From Spirochaetota bacterium (GTDB taxonomy: Bacteria > Spirochaetota > UBA4802 > JAFGDQ01), in contig JAZDKB010000004.1 in the NCBI GenBank assembly GCA_043803405.1, positions 96,001 to 160,000 of the forward strand: a stretch of DNA of 64,000 nt, written 5' to 3'. The position numbers were made by a program, and so were the translations under genes. Below are positions 1-11,213 of the stretch, in pieces. Below the pieces are notes generated by a model that searched no databases, was not told where the DNA came from, and saw only the letters and a program-made list of their open reading frames with translations. Each line of letters opens with the position of its first letter. The first letter of the stretch is position 1.

Positions 1-2
1 GA

Positions 3-737
3 AGAAACGTAGATTATTGTGATGAAGAAACAAAAAAAATTATTATGTCTGGTGGTAATCCCTTATACTTTCCGAATTTATTTTTTACCAGAACAGCGGA
101 AGAGTCAAGGAAGCTTAACGACGAGGTGAGCGGCGCTATCATTATTTCCGCAAGCGGAATGTGCACAGCGGGAAGAATAAAATATCATCTTTTGCACAAT
201 CTTTACAAAACCGAGTCCTGCGTAATATTTGTCGGTTTCCAGGCAGAGGGAACAATAGGCAGGCGACTTGTTGACGGCGCTAAACGCATTAAATTGTTCG
301 GAGAAGACGTTATAGTAAACGCGAAGATACACACGCTTGGCGGTTTTTCCGCGCATGCGGACAGGGATGGCCTTCTTGAATGGATGGGCAATATTAAAAA
401 TAAAAAGCTTAAAGTATTTATTGTTCACGGCGAAGAGGAAGCTGCACAAAGTTTTGCACAAACAGTAAGATCGAAGTTCGGATATGATACTTATGTCCCG
501 AACTGGGGGGAGATTGTGGATCTCTCGACAATGCGGTCAAGGATCGCCTCATACGGAATAACCGAAACATACACTACAGTTGACCATGAGATTGAAGCTT
601 TAACAGAAGCATTAAAATCCCTTAGTGAACAATATAAACATGCCCGTGATGAAAAAAGAATTAAAGATATGAAAAAATTACAGAGTGATTTAAATGATGC
701 GCGGGAAATGCTGGCTCTGATTTCGTATGAATTATAA
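3..737 (+). CDS. MBL-fold metallo-hydrolase, beta-CASP/RNA-specificity family (5' end outside window)
   Basis: Motifs IISASGMCTAGRIKYHL, VGFQAEGT, GFSAHAD and VHGE; the frame is open back to the window start. Confidence 0.85.
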   Translation, partial: RNVDYCDEETKKIIMSGGNPLYFPNLFFTRTAEESRKLNDEVSGAIIISASGMCTAGRIKYHLLHNLYKTESCVIFVGFQAEGTIGRRLVDGAKRIKLFGEDVIVNAKIHTLGGFSAHADRDGLLEWMGNIKNKKLKVFIVHGEEEAAQSFAQTVRSKFGYDTYVPNWGEIVDLSTMRSRIASYGITETYTTVDHEIEALTEALKSLSEQYKHARDEKRIKDMKKLQSDLNDAREMLALISYEL

Positions 738-742
738 AATTA

Positions 743-1567
743 ATGGAACAGCCTGATATAAAGGAAATAATAAATAATGTATTTATTTGCATGCCGTTTA
801 TTAATTTAAATGAGCGGTATGCTCATTATTTCAGGCTTATAAAAAGGAACAGGTTAAATCTTGAAATAGGCATTGATTTCAGGGCGCTGGACAAATTCCC
901 GGCTGAATATTTCAGGAAGCTGGCCGATGAGTTGCTTGGTCTCGGCATCAGCACAACAGTACACGCTCCGTTCCATGAGATTTTTTTAGGCGCGCCGGAC
1001 ACCCTTGTCCGGAAAGCCGCTTTAAAAAGAATGGATAATGCTTTTAAGGTTATAAAATATTTTTTGCCGAAATTAGTTGTTGTCCATCTGAACTATGAGG
1101 AAAAACGATACCGTTTTATTTACGACGAATGGTTAAATCAAATCATTCCCAACCTGAAGCGTTATGCGGAGAAATGCGGCAGAATAGGAGCGTTCCTTTC
1201 CGTAGAGAACGTTTATGAAGAAACGTCCGATGCCATGACAGATGTCTTTAATAATTTAAAAGGTTATCCTGTATATCATTGTCTTGATGTTGGGCATCTT
1301 AACTGTTTTTCGAAGATGGATCTGGAGAGCTGGCTTTTTAACCTGGGCCCGTATATCAGGCAATTTCATTTGCATGATAATAACGGCATTAATGATACTC
1401 ATTCTCCGATAGGAACAGGCAATATTGATTTTAATAAAATAAAAGCATTTATATCAAAAGCAAATCCAAAACCGGTAATAACGCTGGAGCCCCATTCCGA
1501 GGAAGACCTATGGAAGACGCTGGAAGGTTTCCATGAAAAAGGATTGCTTGAATCGCTTAAAAATTAG
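743..1567 (+). CDS. Sugar phosphate isomerase/epimerase (AP endonuclease 2 TIM-barrel) family protein
   Basis: Metal-binding motifs VHAPF, VEN, LDVGH, HLHDNNG..D.H and LEPH. Confidence 0.8.
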   Translation: MEQPDIKEIINNVFICMPFINLNERYAHYFRLIKRNRLNLEIGIDFRALDKFPAEYFRKLADELLGLGISTTVHAPFHEIFLGAPDTLVRKAALKRMDNAFKVIKYFLPKLVVVHLNYEEKRYRFIYDEWLNQIIPNLKRYAEKCGRIGAFLSVENVYEETSDAMTDVFNNLKGYPVYHCLDVGHLNCFSKMDLESWLFNLGPYIRQFHLHDNNGINDTHSPIGTGNIDFNKIKAFISKANPKPVITLEPHSEEDLWKTLEGFHEKGLLESLKN

Positions 1568-2006
1568 CCAGTATCTCTTCTTCTTTTGCGCGCATGATTT
1601 TTTCGTCTTCATCTGATCTTTCGTGGTCGTATCCGAGCAAATGCAGCACCCCGTGTATCAAAAGGCGCGTTATTTCATCCGCAAAGGCTGCTTCATATTT
1701 CTCCGCGTTCTCAGATGCTTTTTCCAGAGATATGTATATATCTCCCAGTTCTTCTAATCCGGATTTTACAGCCGGGAAAGGTATTTCTCTGTAAGAGAAT
1801 GAAATAACATCAGTAGGTTCGTTTTTCTTTCTGTAATCTTTGTTTATTTTTTTAATATATTTATTATCGCAAAGTATTATGGTTATAACCGCACTTTTAA
1901 GCTTAAGCTTTTTGCATATTGCGGCAACAGTTTTTTTTATTCTTTTTTCGGTTATGTCCAAATAGGGTAGGGAAATGTTTCCTTCCGTGAAAATATCAAT
2001 TTTCAT
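1557..2006 (-). CDS. ybeY: rRNA maturation endoribonuclease YbeY
   Basis: PTDVISF, LGDIYIS and HGVLHLLGYDH motifs; downstream of phoH and the HD protein. Confidence 0.95.
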   Translation of the reverse strand: MKIDIFTEGNISLPYLDITEKRIKKTVAAICKKLKLKSAVITIILCDNKYIKKINKDYRKKNEPTDVISFSYREIPFPAVKSGLEELGDIYISLEKASENAEKYEAAFADEITRLLIHGVLHLLGYDHERSDEDEKIMRAKEEEILANF

Positions 2007-4263
2007 TTTCGTTGCTGTTTAATATTTTTTCTTCCAGTTGTTTTACATCTTCTTCTTTCGGATATTCAAGTCTTGTATGGAATAAACCATTTAAAACTCT
2101 TATTATTGATGTTTGAATCAATTTTAAATCGGATATATTCAGGTTTGAGTTTTCGAGTTCGCCTTCATTTAGTTTATTATAGATTATTTTTCTTACCAGT
2201 CCTTCAAGCTTTATACTTGTCGGTTCCTGGAGCGAACGCGATGCCGCTTCTACCGAATCGGCAATCATTACTACGGCCGTTTCGCGGCTTTGCGGCTTAG
2301 GCCCCTCATAACGGAAATCCTCTCTGTCAATATCAGTTTCTCCGGAGCTTTCGGCCATCTCCAGTGCCTGATGATAAAAATAAGTCATAGTAGAAGTGCC
2401 GTGGTGCTCTCTTATAAAATCGATTATTGAATCGGGAAGGCCGTTTTGTTTTGCTAGCTCAACTCCGCTTTCAACATGAGAAAGTATCAATTTTGTATAA
2501 TCTTCGGGCGACATATCCGTATTATCAACGGAATTCCCTTTATTCTCCACATAATATTTTGCATTATTGACTTTCCCGATGTCGTGATAATAGCCGCCTA
2601 CCCTGGCAAGGATTGGATCTGCTCCGATCGCTTCGCATGCAGCTTCAGCCATGTTGGCAACCATAAGCGAATGATTGTACGTGCCCGGGGCCCTGATCAG
2701 CATTCTTTTAAATATTTTTGCATTTAAGTCGGACAGCTCGAGTAACTTGAACCTGGTTGTTACGCCGAAAATATTTTCATATATCGGGAATATCCCCATC
2801 ACAAGAATTGAATTCATTATCCCGTGAGCAAATGAAAGCTGTATGTTTTTAAAAATATTATAAGCTGTGTATTCTTCCATAAGACCTATGGCAACAACGA
2901 TTATTGAATTAATTAATCCGATTGTAAATCCGCTGCGCAGGAATTCAGTTCTTTTATTGATATTACGGATTACAATTATACCGAGTATAGCTGAGCTGAA
3001 AGCGATAGTCATGCTCGCGAATGAAGCCTGGGTAATAATATAGCTGAAAAAAATGATGAATATTGTAACCAGTATTGTAATAAATTTATCGTTAGACAGC
3101 GCCGCAATAGTCATCGTTACAAACGGGATCGGTAAAAGGAGCGCAAGTATGAAGTTGCTGTTAAAAATGTTTTCGGATCTGGTTAGAGCGAAAGTATAAA
3201 CAATAAATAACAATACAAGCGAAAATGTTATAAGCGGAATCTTTCTATTCTGCTGATTTTTATTATCAGGCTCATCTGAAAAGAAAATCGATATTAGTAT
3301 AAGAATCAGCTGAAGCAAAAGTATCCCTATTGTATAGGTAATATTAGTGGAAGCTGAATTTTTATTTAAAATTTTAATATTATTCAATGATTCAGTTGTT
3401 ATGGTATCTCCTTCTCTCGCCAGCATTTGTCCTTTTTTAAGAATTCCCATGACAGGTTTGATCGTCTTTAATTTTTCATCTATGCGTCTTTTTGTCTCTT
3501 CGAGATTAAATTTTAAATTCGGTTTTAATTCAGTCTTTATAATATTATAAACAATATTTAAATGTTCTTTGGATTTAATTGCCGATATTGAATAACATAT
3601 CCCGTATAATTCTTCATTGATGTTATTAATCGTTTTTATATCCTGGAGCTTGCCGGATTTCTCATCAATATCTTCAGCTGTATTTATTGTCCTGATAGTG
3701 ATATTCTGATTGTCATTATTCAGCGGATTTTTTGCAGGTTGATCCAAAATTCCGTTGTCATAGATAAAGATCAATATTCTATTAACGGTTCTTTTTAATA
3801 TTTCAAAATTATCGGTTTTTAAAATGTTCCATAAAGTTCTATCGTCATAATTGAAAGTTTTCGGCAATGTATCTTTTAAAGCTATCAGCTGGAATGTTCT
3901 GTCTTCAATGCGATTTGGAGGATTCTCTTTCAATACCTTTGCAGCGTAGTAAAACAGACTATCTGTTTTATGCAGGTTTTCAATAAATACCGACTGGTCC
4001 CTGTCAAAAACAATCGGAAAATTTTCAATTATTCTTTTTCTGGCTATTTCAGTTTCAGTTTCATTTACATATTGTATTTCGCGCGAAGTTTTTATGTCTT
4101 CCCGTGCAATATCTCCTATACTGTAATCGTAAGTTGTGCTGATGGCGTTTATCGATAGCAGGATTGTTGAAATGATAATTACTGCCAGCATCAGATAAGT
4201 AATAAACCGGAAATCCGGTTCCAATTTAAATTTTATAAAATTTCTTTTAATTGCTCGGTTCAT
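1996..4263 (-). CDS. 7TM-HD phosphohydrolase (PgpH-like, putative c-di-AMP phosphodiesterase)
   Basis: N-terminal TM, large extracytoplasmic domain, multi-TM region, then APGTYNHS, YYHDIGK, EHHGT and ADSVEAA; phoH-HD-ybeY synteny. Confidence 0.88.
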   Translation of the reverse strand: MNRAIKRNFIKFKLEPDFRFITYLMLAVIIISTILLSINAISTTYDYSIGDIAREDIKTSREIQYVNETETEIARKRIIENFPIVFDRDQSVFIENLHKTDSLFYYAAKVLKENPPNRIEDRTFQLIALKDTLPKTFNYDDRTLWNILKTDNFEILKRTVNRILIFIYDNGILDQPAKNPLNNDNQNITIRTINTAEDIDEKSGKLQDIKTINNINEELYGICYSISAIKSKEHLNIVYNIIKTELKPNLKFNLEETKRRIDEKLKTIKPVMGILKKGQMLAREGDTITTESLNNIKILNKNSASTNITYTIGILLLQLILILISIFFSDEPDNKNQQNRKIPLITFSLVLLFIVYTFALTRSENIFNSNFILALLLPIPFVTMTIAALSNDKFITILVTIFIIFFSYIITQASFASMTIAFSSAILGIIVIRNINKRTEFLRSGFTIGLINSIIVVAIGLMEEYTAYNIFKNIQLSFAHGIMNSILVMGIFPIYENIFGVTTRFKLLELSDLNAKIFKRMLIRAPGTYNHSLMVANMAEAACEAIGADPILARVGGYYHDIGKVNNAKYYVENKGNSVDNTDMSPEDYTKLILSHVESGVELAKQNGLPDSIIDFIREHHGTSTMTYFYHQALEMAESSGETDIDREDFRYEGPKPQSRETAVVMIADSVEAASRSLQEPTSIKLEGLVRKIIYNKLNEGELENSNLNISDLKLIQTSIIRVLNGLFHTRLEYPKEEDVKQLEEKILNSNENEN

Positions 4264-4363
4264 TTTATATTTTAGTTAATAATTTCTTTTTTGCCTATTA
4301 ATCCGCAAGATTTCTTTAAAAATTGTTTCTCTTACGTTTTACTTAAAAATGAGAGAATGTCTT

Positions 4364-5335
4364 TTATCTCTTCTCAGTTTTGCTATGATTATCATACGCT
4401 TCAACTATTTTGTCAACAATAGGATGCCTGCAGATGTCTTCTCTTGTAAACTCGATAAAACCTATCTCTTCAATGCCCTGCAGAACTTTTTTTGCGTGAA
4501 GCAGGCCGGAGTCCCTGGGTTTATCGAGATCTATTTGAGTAACATCGCCGGAAACAACAATGCGAGAATTATTCCCAAGCCTGGTCAGGAACATTTTCAT
4601 CTGTGATTTAGTCGTGTTCTGTCCTTCGTCAAGAATAATAAAGGCATTGTTCAATGTGCGTCCTCTCATGTATGCAAGCGGAGCGATTTCAATGCTGCCT
4701 GCTTCTATCAGTTTAGGGATCTTTTCGTACGGGAGCAGATCAAAGAGCGCGTCGTAAAGCGGACGAAGATATGGATTGATTTTCTGGATAAGGTCGCCCG
4801 GCAAAAATCCTAGGCTTTCTCCTGCTTCGACAGCAGGCCTTGTCAGCACAATCCTTTCGACTTTTCTTGAAGTAAAAAAATGCAACGCAGCCGCAACCGC
4901 CAGGTAAGTCTTTCCCGTACCTGCAGGGCCTATCGCGAAGGTTAAAGCTTTTTTTTGAATAGTGGATAAATAGTTCGCCTGATTCATCGTTTTCGGAACA
5001 ATTGTCTTGTTCGATTCCGGAATCGTTATCTTTAGCTTTTTTATTTCGCTGGCATCGACATGTTTCCCGCCGGCTATTGTTTTTGCAAGGTATTTCAAAT
5101 CCAGATCATTAAATTCATAATCAGTATTATGGATATGAAGATAATCTCCCATCAGATGAATCAGCTTTAATGCTTTTTCCGTATTCTCTTTGCTGGAATC
5201 TATAATAAGTGTATTCCCGCGCGGAATTATTTTTACGTTTAATATGTTTTCAATTGTCCTGATGTTTTTATCTTTATAACCGCAGAGCCTTTTATAAAGC
5301 GATACATCCTCTATTTCTATTTGATTTTCAGTCAT
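4364..5335 (-). CDS. phoH: PhoH-family ATPase (PhoH/YbeZ)
   Basis: GPAGTGKT, RPAVEAGESLGFLPG, YMRGRTL and GDVTQIDL; start set at the ATG at 5335, just after the aspS stop. Confidence 0.92.
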   Translation of the reverse strand: MTENQIEIEDVSLYKRLCGYKDKNIRTIENILNVKIIPRGNTLIIDSSKENTEKALKLIHLMGDYLHIHNTDYEFNDLDLKYLAKTIAGGKHVDASEIKKLKITIPESNKTIVPKTMNQANYLSTIQKKALTFAIGPAGTGKTYLAVAAALHFFTSRKVERIVLTRPAVEAGESLGFLPGDLIQKINPYLRPLYDALFDLLPYEKIPKLIEAGSIEIAPLAYMRGRTLNNAFIILDEGQNTTKSQMKMFLTRLGNNSRIVVSGDVTQIDLDKPRDSGLLHAKKVLQGIEEIGFIEFTREDICRHPIVDKIVEAYDNHSKTEKR

Positions 5336-5342
5336 AGTCGTT

Positions 5343-7112
5343 TTAAACCGTTTTAATGGAAAGTTCCTCAAGCTGCTGAGGAGATACATAAGAGGGCGCT
5401 TCGCTCATCAGACATTGGCCTCGTGCTGTTTTCGGGAACGGTATAACGTCGCGAAGCGAATTCCGTTTTAATAAAATCATCAGTATCCTGTCAAGACCGA
5501 GCGCAAGCCCTCCATGCGGAGGAGCGCCGTATTTAAGAGCCTCAAGCAGAAAAGAAAATTTAACTTTAGCTTCTTCTTCTGATATCCCAAGTAAAGAAAA
5601 CATTTTATGTTGAAGCTCAGTATTGCTGATTCTAATAGATCCGCCCCCGATCTCCGTACCGTTCAGAACAATATCGTAAGCCTGAGCTTTAATGTTAGTT
5701 ACGCTGTCCGGGCTGATTGAATCCAGAAGCTTTATATGATCAAGCTTTGGAGATGTAAACGGATGATGCATTGAATAGTAACGTTTATCTTCAGTATTGT
5801 ATTCAAGAAGCGGAAAATCCGTAACCCAGATAAAATTTAAAATATTCTGGTCTATTATTTTAAAATCATTTGCAAGTTTTACTCTAAGGTTGCCCAGAGC
5901 ATCGCACACGGTTTTTTTAATGTCGCTTGCTAAAAAAATAATTTCACCGCCTTTTAACTGCAACGTGCTTTTTAATGCGTTCTTTTCATTTTCCGAAAGG
6001 AATTTAGCTATGCCGCCGTCGAATGCTCCGTTTTTAAAACGTACAAAAGGCAGCCCTTTGGCTTTGAATATTTTAACAAATTCCGTATATTCATCAATGT
6101 ATTTTCTGGATATTTTATCGCCTTCCGGGAAGTTTAAGGCTTTAATGATTCCGCCATCCTTAAGAGCCGAAGCAAATACCTTGAATTCGGAGTTCTGAAA
6201 AATATCCGACAGATCGGCAAGCTCCATTCCGAACCGTGTGTCCGGAGCATCCTTCCCGAATCTGTCCATTGCTTCATCGTAAGTGATACGCTTAAATGGT
6301 ATTTCAATATCTTTACCTGAAATTTCTTTAACTATTGTCTTTAATAAACCCTCGACAATTTTTATTATCATATCCATTGTAACAAACGAAAGTTCAATAT
6401 CGATTTGTGTAAATTCAGGTTGCCTGTCGTTTCTTAAATCTTCGTCCCTGAAGCATTTTGCAATCTGAAAATAACGGTCGAATCCGGATATCATAAGTAT
6501 TTGTTTAAAAAGCTGGGGGGATTGCGGAAGTGCATAAAACATATTTTTGTTAATTCTGCTTGGGACAAGAAAATCGCGTGCTCCTTCCGGCGTGGATTTG
6601 TTCAGAAGAGGAGTTTCTATTTCAAAGAACCTGTTAGCCGAGAGATATGCCCTTGTACATTGCATCAGCAAATGCCGTTTTATTATGGCGTCTTTCATCG
6701 TTTCTTTGCGCAAATCGAGGAACCTGTATTTAAGCCTTAAATCTTCGCTTACGTTTGCATCCGAATCCACCTGTATAGGAGGCACAGGCGAAGTGCTTAA
6801 GATATCTATTCTATCCGCAATAATTTCAATCTCTCCGGTCTTCATTTCCGGATTTATTGCTTCTTTTGACCGCGCTTTTACTTCACCCGAAACAAACAGG
6901 CAATATTCGCTTTTTGCTTCGTTTAATATTGCAGCCAATTCCGGGGACTTAGCCGGATCGACTGTTATCTGCACAAGCCCGGAGATATCCCTTAATTCTA
7001 AAAAAACAATTCCTCCCAGGTCTCTTTTTCTGTTAACCCATCCGGCAAGCCTGACATTTTTATTTACATCCGTTTTTGTCAATTCACCGCAATAATTTCT
7101 TTCTTCAAACAT
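5343..7112 (-). CDS. aspS: Aspartate--tRNA ligase
   Basis: OB fold, TPEGARDFLVPSR, PQSPQLFKQ, FRDEDLR..RQPEFTQ and PPHGGLALGLDR. Confidence 0.97.
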   Translation of the reverse strand: MFEERNYCGELTKTDVNKNVRLAGWVNRKRDLGGIVFLELRDISGLVQITVDPAKSPELAAILNEAKSEYCLFVSGEVKARSKEAINPEMKTGEIEIIADRIDILSTSPVPPIQVDSDANVSEDLRLKYRFLDLRKETMKDAIIKRHLLMQCTRAYLSANRFFEIETPLLNKSTPEGARDFLVPSRINKNMFYALPQSPQLFKQILMISGFDRYFQIAKCFRDEDLRNDRQPEFTQIDIELSFVTMDMIIKIVEGLLKTIVKEISGKDIEIPFKRITYDEAMDRFGKDAPDTRFGMELADLSDIFQNSEFKVFASALKDGGIIKALNFPEGDKISRKYIDEYTEFVKIFKAKGLPFVRFKNGAFDGGIAKFLSENEKNALKSTLQLKGGEIIFLASDIKKTVCDALGNLRVKLANDFKIIDQNILNFIWVTDFPLLEYNTEDKRYYSMHHPFTSPKLDHIKLLDSISPDSVTNIKAQAYDIVLNGTEIGGGSIRISNTELQHKMFSLLGISEEEAKVKFSFLLEALKYGAPPHGGLALGLDRILMILLKRNSLRDVIPFPKTARGQCLMSEAPSYVSPQQLEELSIKTV

Positions 7113-7352
7113 ATATTGGCCTTTTTTTAATTAAGTAAAATAATTATTTGTACTATTTTACGGACAAACAGAAAGTAAAATAGTGTTATTAATTATTAAT
7201 TAAGTAGATATTATTAACTATTATTATTTATATCGATATACATTAAGAATTACGGCGTGTATAAGTCTACATTTTTTTCGGGAATAAGGTCATGTTTAAA
7301 TGAATGGATAATGAGGCTTTTTCTGCACTGAAAGCAAATATTGTTTAATCCT

Positions 7353-7426
7353 TAGCGGAGGAGGGACTCGAACCCCCCACACCACGGATATGAGCCGTGT
7401 GCTCTAACCTACTGAGCTACTCCGCC
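7353..7426 (-). tRNA. tRNA with CAT anticodon, probably elongator tRNA-Met (Ile2 not excluded)
   Basis: Reverse complement GGCGGAGTAGCTCAG...CACGG-CTCATAT-CCGTG...GGTTCGAGTCC...CTCCGCTA folds as a cloverleaf; CCA not encoded. Confidence 0.9.
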
Positions 7427-7432
7427 TTAATT

Positions 7433-7505
<73 letters not shown>

Positions 7506-7805
7506 ATCTAGGGTGAACTAAAGTGAAATGAACGATAAGTGTCAATCACTTTTATTGCAAACATGCAATTTTTATACCTTCCAAATATTATTAAAGAAAG
7601 GTTTATGCATTATGGCTATGCAATGTAGCCACTTTTCATGTTAAAAAGCTTTAATGACACATCTTTCAATTAATAATATATTATTAAATTGATTATTGCA
7701 ATGAAATTTGTTTAAATAATTATAAAATAACTTATCCTGTCAATTAATGCTTGATTAACAGAAAAAATAAATATTTAAAGAATAAAAATTTATTAATGAT
7801 AATCT

Positions 7806-9083
7806 ATGAATTATTTTCTGAGAAACATAATACTCATATTTCAAGAGATAAGAAAAAATATATTCAAGACTCTGCTGTCAAGTTTCGGGATGATATTTCT
7901 TATTTCTTTTCTTGTTGTTTCTATATCGATAAAAAATTCCGTATCGGATTATTTAAAGAAAAGGATTTTCGGCGAACTTAAGATCAACCAGGTAAAAATC
8001 ACCCCTCAAAGCCAGACATCTGTTTTAAAATTCTCCGCTTCCGATATTGCAATCAGCGATGCGCAAATAAAAAAAATCAGGAATATCGAAGGTCTGGAAA
8101 ATCTTGAAGAAGTAATCAGGTTGAATTGTCCCACGTCGCTTAAGGCAGGCATGCTTGGCATGTATCTTAAAACGGATATGCTGATTAGCGGAGTGGATGC
8201 TTCATTTTTTAAAGATACGAAATTAAAATGGAAAGATTTTAAACAAAAAGATTATATACCTGTTGTTGTTCCGCTTTTTGTAATGGATGTTTATAATAAT
8301 TTTGCAGCTTCAAACGGTTTGCCTGCGCTCGGGCCAAAAGCATTAAACATGCTGTCTATTGAAATGCTGATTGGTAGGTCTTCTTTTGTCCGCAACAGTA
8401 GGAAAGAATTTAAATTCAAAGCGAAGCTATTCGGCTTTACAGAAACAATTACTACAGCAGGCATCATTGTACCCTCCGCATTTATTAAAGATTTTTGCCG
8501 TGCTAACAGCGAAGATCTTCAGCTGACGGAGAATTGTTATTCGCGTATAATGCTTGTCGGCAGCGTGAAAGATATAAAGCAAATACCAGGCGTAACCGGA
8601 AAAATACAGGCGCTGAATCTCAGTGTGGAATCCCAGGCTGATATTGCAAACAAAACCGAAAAGGCTTTGTTTTTGCTGAACGTCACGCTAAGTCTCATAT
8701 TCGGGATAATATTAGTGCTGACAGTATTAGCTGTATTTAATTCTTATCTGGCTGTCGTATATAACAGGAGTTATGTGTTTTCAATTCAAAGAATGCTCGG
8801 CACGTCAAAACTGCGGATCGTATTAATTTTTGTACTGGAGTCGGGAATTATCGGAGCTTTATATGGTTTGGCCGGGTATTTCATCGGATATTATCTCATG
8901 ACTTATTTGACGAATAACATCCCGAACTGGATGCCGCTTTTACAGGGATTAAATTTTAAACTCGAGACTCACGAATATTTGCCGGCAGTGATCGCTTTTT
9001 CTGTTTTGGTATCGAACATTTCAGCATTGATACCGGCAGTATTTGCTTCAAATCTTAATCTCTTTAATGCAGTAAAAAGATAA
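7806..9083 (+). CDS. ABC transporter permease, FtsX/MacB/LolE-like
   Basis: N-terminal TM, periplasmic domain and C-terminal FtsX-type region (RMLG...IFVLESGIIG). Confidence 0.8.
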   Translation: MNYFLRNIILIFQEIRKNIFKTLLSSFGMIFLISFLVVSISIKNSVSDYLKKRIFGELKINQVKITPQSQTSVLKFSASDIAISDAQIKKIRNIEGLENLEEVIRLNCPTSLKAGMLGMYLKTDMLISGVDASFFKDTKLKWKDFKQKDYIPVVVPLFVMDVYNNFAASNGLPALGPKALNMLSIEMLIGRSSFVRNSRKEFKFKAKLFGFTETITTAGIIVPSAFIKDFCRANSEDLQLTENCYSRIMLVGSVKDIKQIPGVTGKIQALNLSVESQADIANKTEKALFLLNVTLSLIFGIILVLTVLAVFNSYLAVVYNRSYVFSIQRMLGTSKLRIVLIFVLESGIIGALYGLAGYFIGYYLMTYLTNNIPNWMPLLQGLNFKLETHEYLPAVIAFSVLVSNISALIPAVFASNLNLFNAVKR

Positions 9084-9095
9084 AAAATAATTTGA

Positions 9096-11099
9096 ATGAT
9101 GAAAGATAAAAGTAAAATCATAAGGCGTTATAACGAACTTGTTAACCTTATAGAAAAATATAATTATAATTATTATAATCTCGACGCGCCTGTTGTTGAT
9201 GATTCCGAATATGATTTGCTGATGCAGGAACTCGTCGATATTGAAAAAAAATATCCGGAAATAAAGTCCGAAAATTCCCCGACGCAGAAAGTTTCCGGCT
9301 TTGCTTCGGAAACTTTTTCCGAAGCAAAGCATGATCCTCCTATGCTAAGCTTAAGCAATGTCTTTACTATAGATGAATTGATCGACTTTGATGCAAGATG
9401 CAGAAAAAATTTAAATGTCAGTAACGACATTTTGTATTGCTGTGAATTAAAATTCGACGGACTGGCAGTTGAAGCAATTTATGAAAACGGCAGATTCGTT
9501 AAAGGATCAACCAGGGGAGACGGATTAGTCGGTGAAGATATTACCGCGAATCTGGCGATGTTAAAAGATTTGCCTCTTGTTCTTAAAGGGAAAATACCTT
9601 CTTTCCTTTCAGTCAGGGGCGAAGTTTTTATGACTCACAGCGAATTCGATCGCTTAAATAAACTAAAAGAGTCTAAAGAACAATCGTTGTTCGCAAATCC
9701 CAGAAACGCGGCTGCCGGGTCTCTGAGGCAATTGAACCCGGAAATCACAAAGGAAAGAGATCTGAAAATTATTTTTTATTCGCTTGGAAAAATTGACTCG
9801 GATCGTAAAATCGGCAATCAAAAAGATTTGTTTGATTATCTTTCAATATTAAAACTGCCGGTTTCTGATAAAATAGAATACGGCGATATTAACAAGATGC
9901 AGGACTGCTATCATTACTGGAACGAAAATCGGCATACCCTTGATTTTGATATAGACGGCATAGTAATAAAAGTTTTAGATTTCGGATACAGGGAAAGCCT
10001 TGGCATTACAAGCAGAAATCCCAGATGGGCAACTGCCTGGAAGTTTCCTGCAAAAGAAGCGGTCACAGTTCTGGAGTCAGTCGATTTCCAGGTGGGGAGG
10101 ACAGGCATCATCACTCCTGTGGCCAATCTGCGCCCTATAAACATTGGAGGCGTACTTGTTAAGAGAGCGACCCTCCATAACTTTAATGAAATTAAAAGGC
10201 TCGATATCAGGATCGGCGATAGCGTAAAAGTAAAAAGGGCAGGAGATGTTATTCCTAAAGTTACGGATGTTGTAGCAGATAAAAGGCCGTTCGATATTAA
10301 AGAGATTGAGACGCCGGAGAAATGCCCGTCGTGCGGGAGTAATCTAGTAAATGAGGATATTTACGTTCGTTGTGTAAATCCGGAATGTGAAGCAATAAAG
10401 CTCGAAAAACTAATATTTTTCGTTTCAAAGAATGCAATGGATATTGAATCGTTCGGGCCCGAGCTTATTTTAAGACTGTATAATGCCGGTATAGTAAAGT
10501 CAATTGCCGATATTTTTAAGCTCACAAAAAATGATCTGCTTAAAGTAGATCGAATGGGAGATGTTCTTGCGGAGAAAATTCTGACCGCAATCGGAAACCG
10601 GAAGTCCGTATCGCTGTCGTTCTTTCTGCGCAGCCTCGGCATCAGGAACATCGGCGATCATTTGGCAAAAGTTATCGCAAAAGAAGTAAAAAGCCTGGCA
10701 AAACTTTTTGAAATAAGCAAAGAAGAACTTTCGGATATCTTTGAAGTAGGCCCGGAAGTTTCCGAGTCTGTTTATGCTTTTTTTCATAACAGGGATTCTC
10801 TTAAACTCGTTAATGAAATTGTAGCTTCAGGAGTAGTTGTCCGGGATGAGGTAGTGGAGGAATCCGGCATTGATAATATTAAGAACAGGAATTTCGTTTT
10901 CACCGGCTCTCTTTCACGTATTTCCAGAAAGGAAGCTGAAGAGCTGGTGGAAAAATACGGAGGGCGCGCATCGGGTTCGATAAGTAAAAAAACAGATTAC
11001 CTTGTGGCCGGCGATTCACCGGGCTCGAAATACAATAAAGCGCGCGAACTGGGTATTGCTATACTTACGGAAGATGAGTTTTTTAAGATGATAAAATGA
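9096..11099 (+). CDS. ligA: NAD-dependent DNA ligase
   Basis: ELKFDG adenylation motif, NPRNAAAGSLRQ, QVGRTG, Zn finger, HhH repeats and BRCT domain. Confidence 0.97.
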   Translation: MMKDKSKIIRRYNELVNLIEKYNYNYYNLDAPVVDDSEYDLLMQELVDIEKKYPEIKSENSPTQKVSGFASETFSEAKHDPPMLSLSNVFTIDELIDFDARCRKNLNVSNDILYCCELKFDGLAVEAIYENGRFVKGSTRGDGLVGEDITANLAMLKDLPLVLKGKIPSFLSVRGEVFMTHSEFDRLNKLKESKEQSLFANPRNAAAGSLRQLNPEITKERDLKIIFYSLGKIDSDRKIGNQKDLFDYLSILKLPVSDKIEYGDINKMQDCYHYWNENRHTLDFDIDGIVIKVLDFGYRESLGITSRNPRWATAWKFPAKEAVTVLESVDFQVGRTGIITPVANLRPINIGGVLVKRATLHNFNEIKRLDIRIGDSVKVKRAGDVIPKVTDVVADKRPFDIKEIETPEKCPSCGSNLVNEDIYVRCVNPECEAIKLEKLIFFVSKNAMDIESFGPELILRLYNAGIVKSIADIFKLTKNDLLKVDRMGDVLAEKILTAIGNRKSVSLSFFLRSLGIRNIGDHLAKVIAKEVKSLAKLFEISKEELSDIFEVGPEVSESVYAFFHNRDSLKLVNEIVASGVVVRDEVVEESGIDNIKNRNFVFTGSLSRISRKEAEELVEKYGGRASGSISKKTDYLVAGDSPGSKYNKARELGIAILTEDEFFKMIK

Positions 11100-11213
11100 A
11101 TATCAATAGACATCCCTAGATTAACCTTTAACCCTAATTATTACGCCAATATATGAGGTTTTAAAAATAGTTTTGGTATCTATTATTAAATAATATTGCA
11201 AAAAGAAAACCAG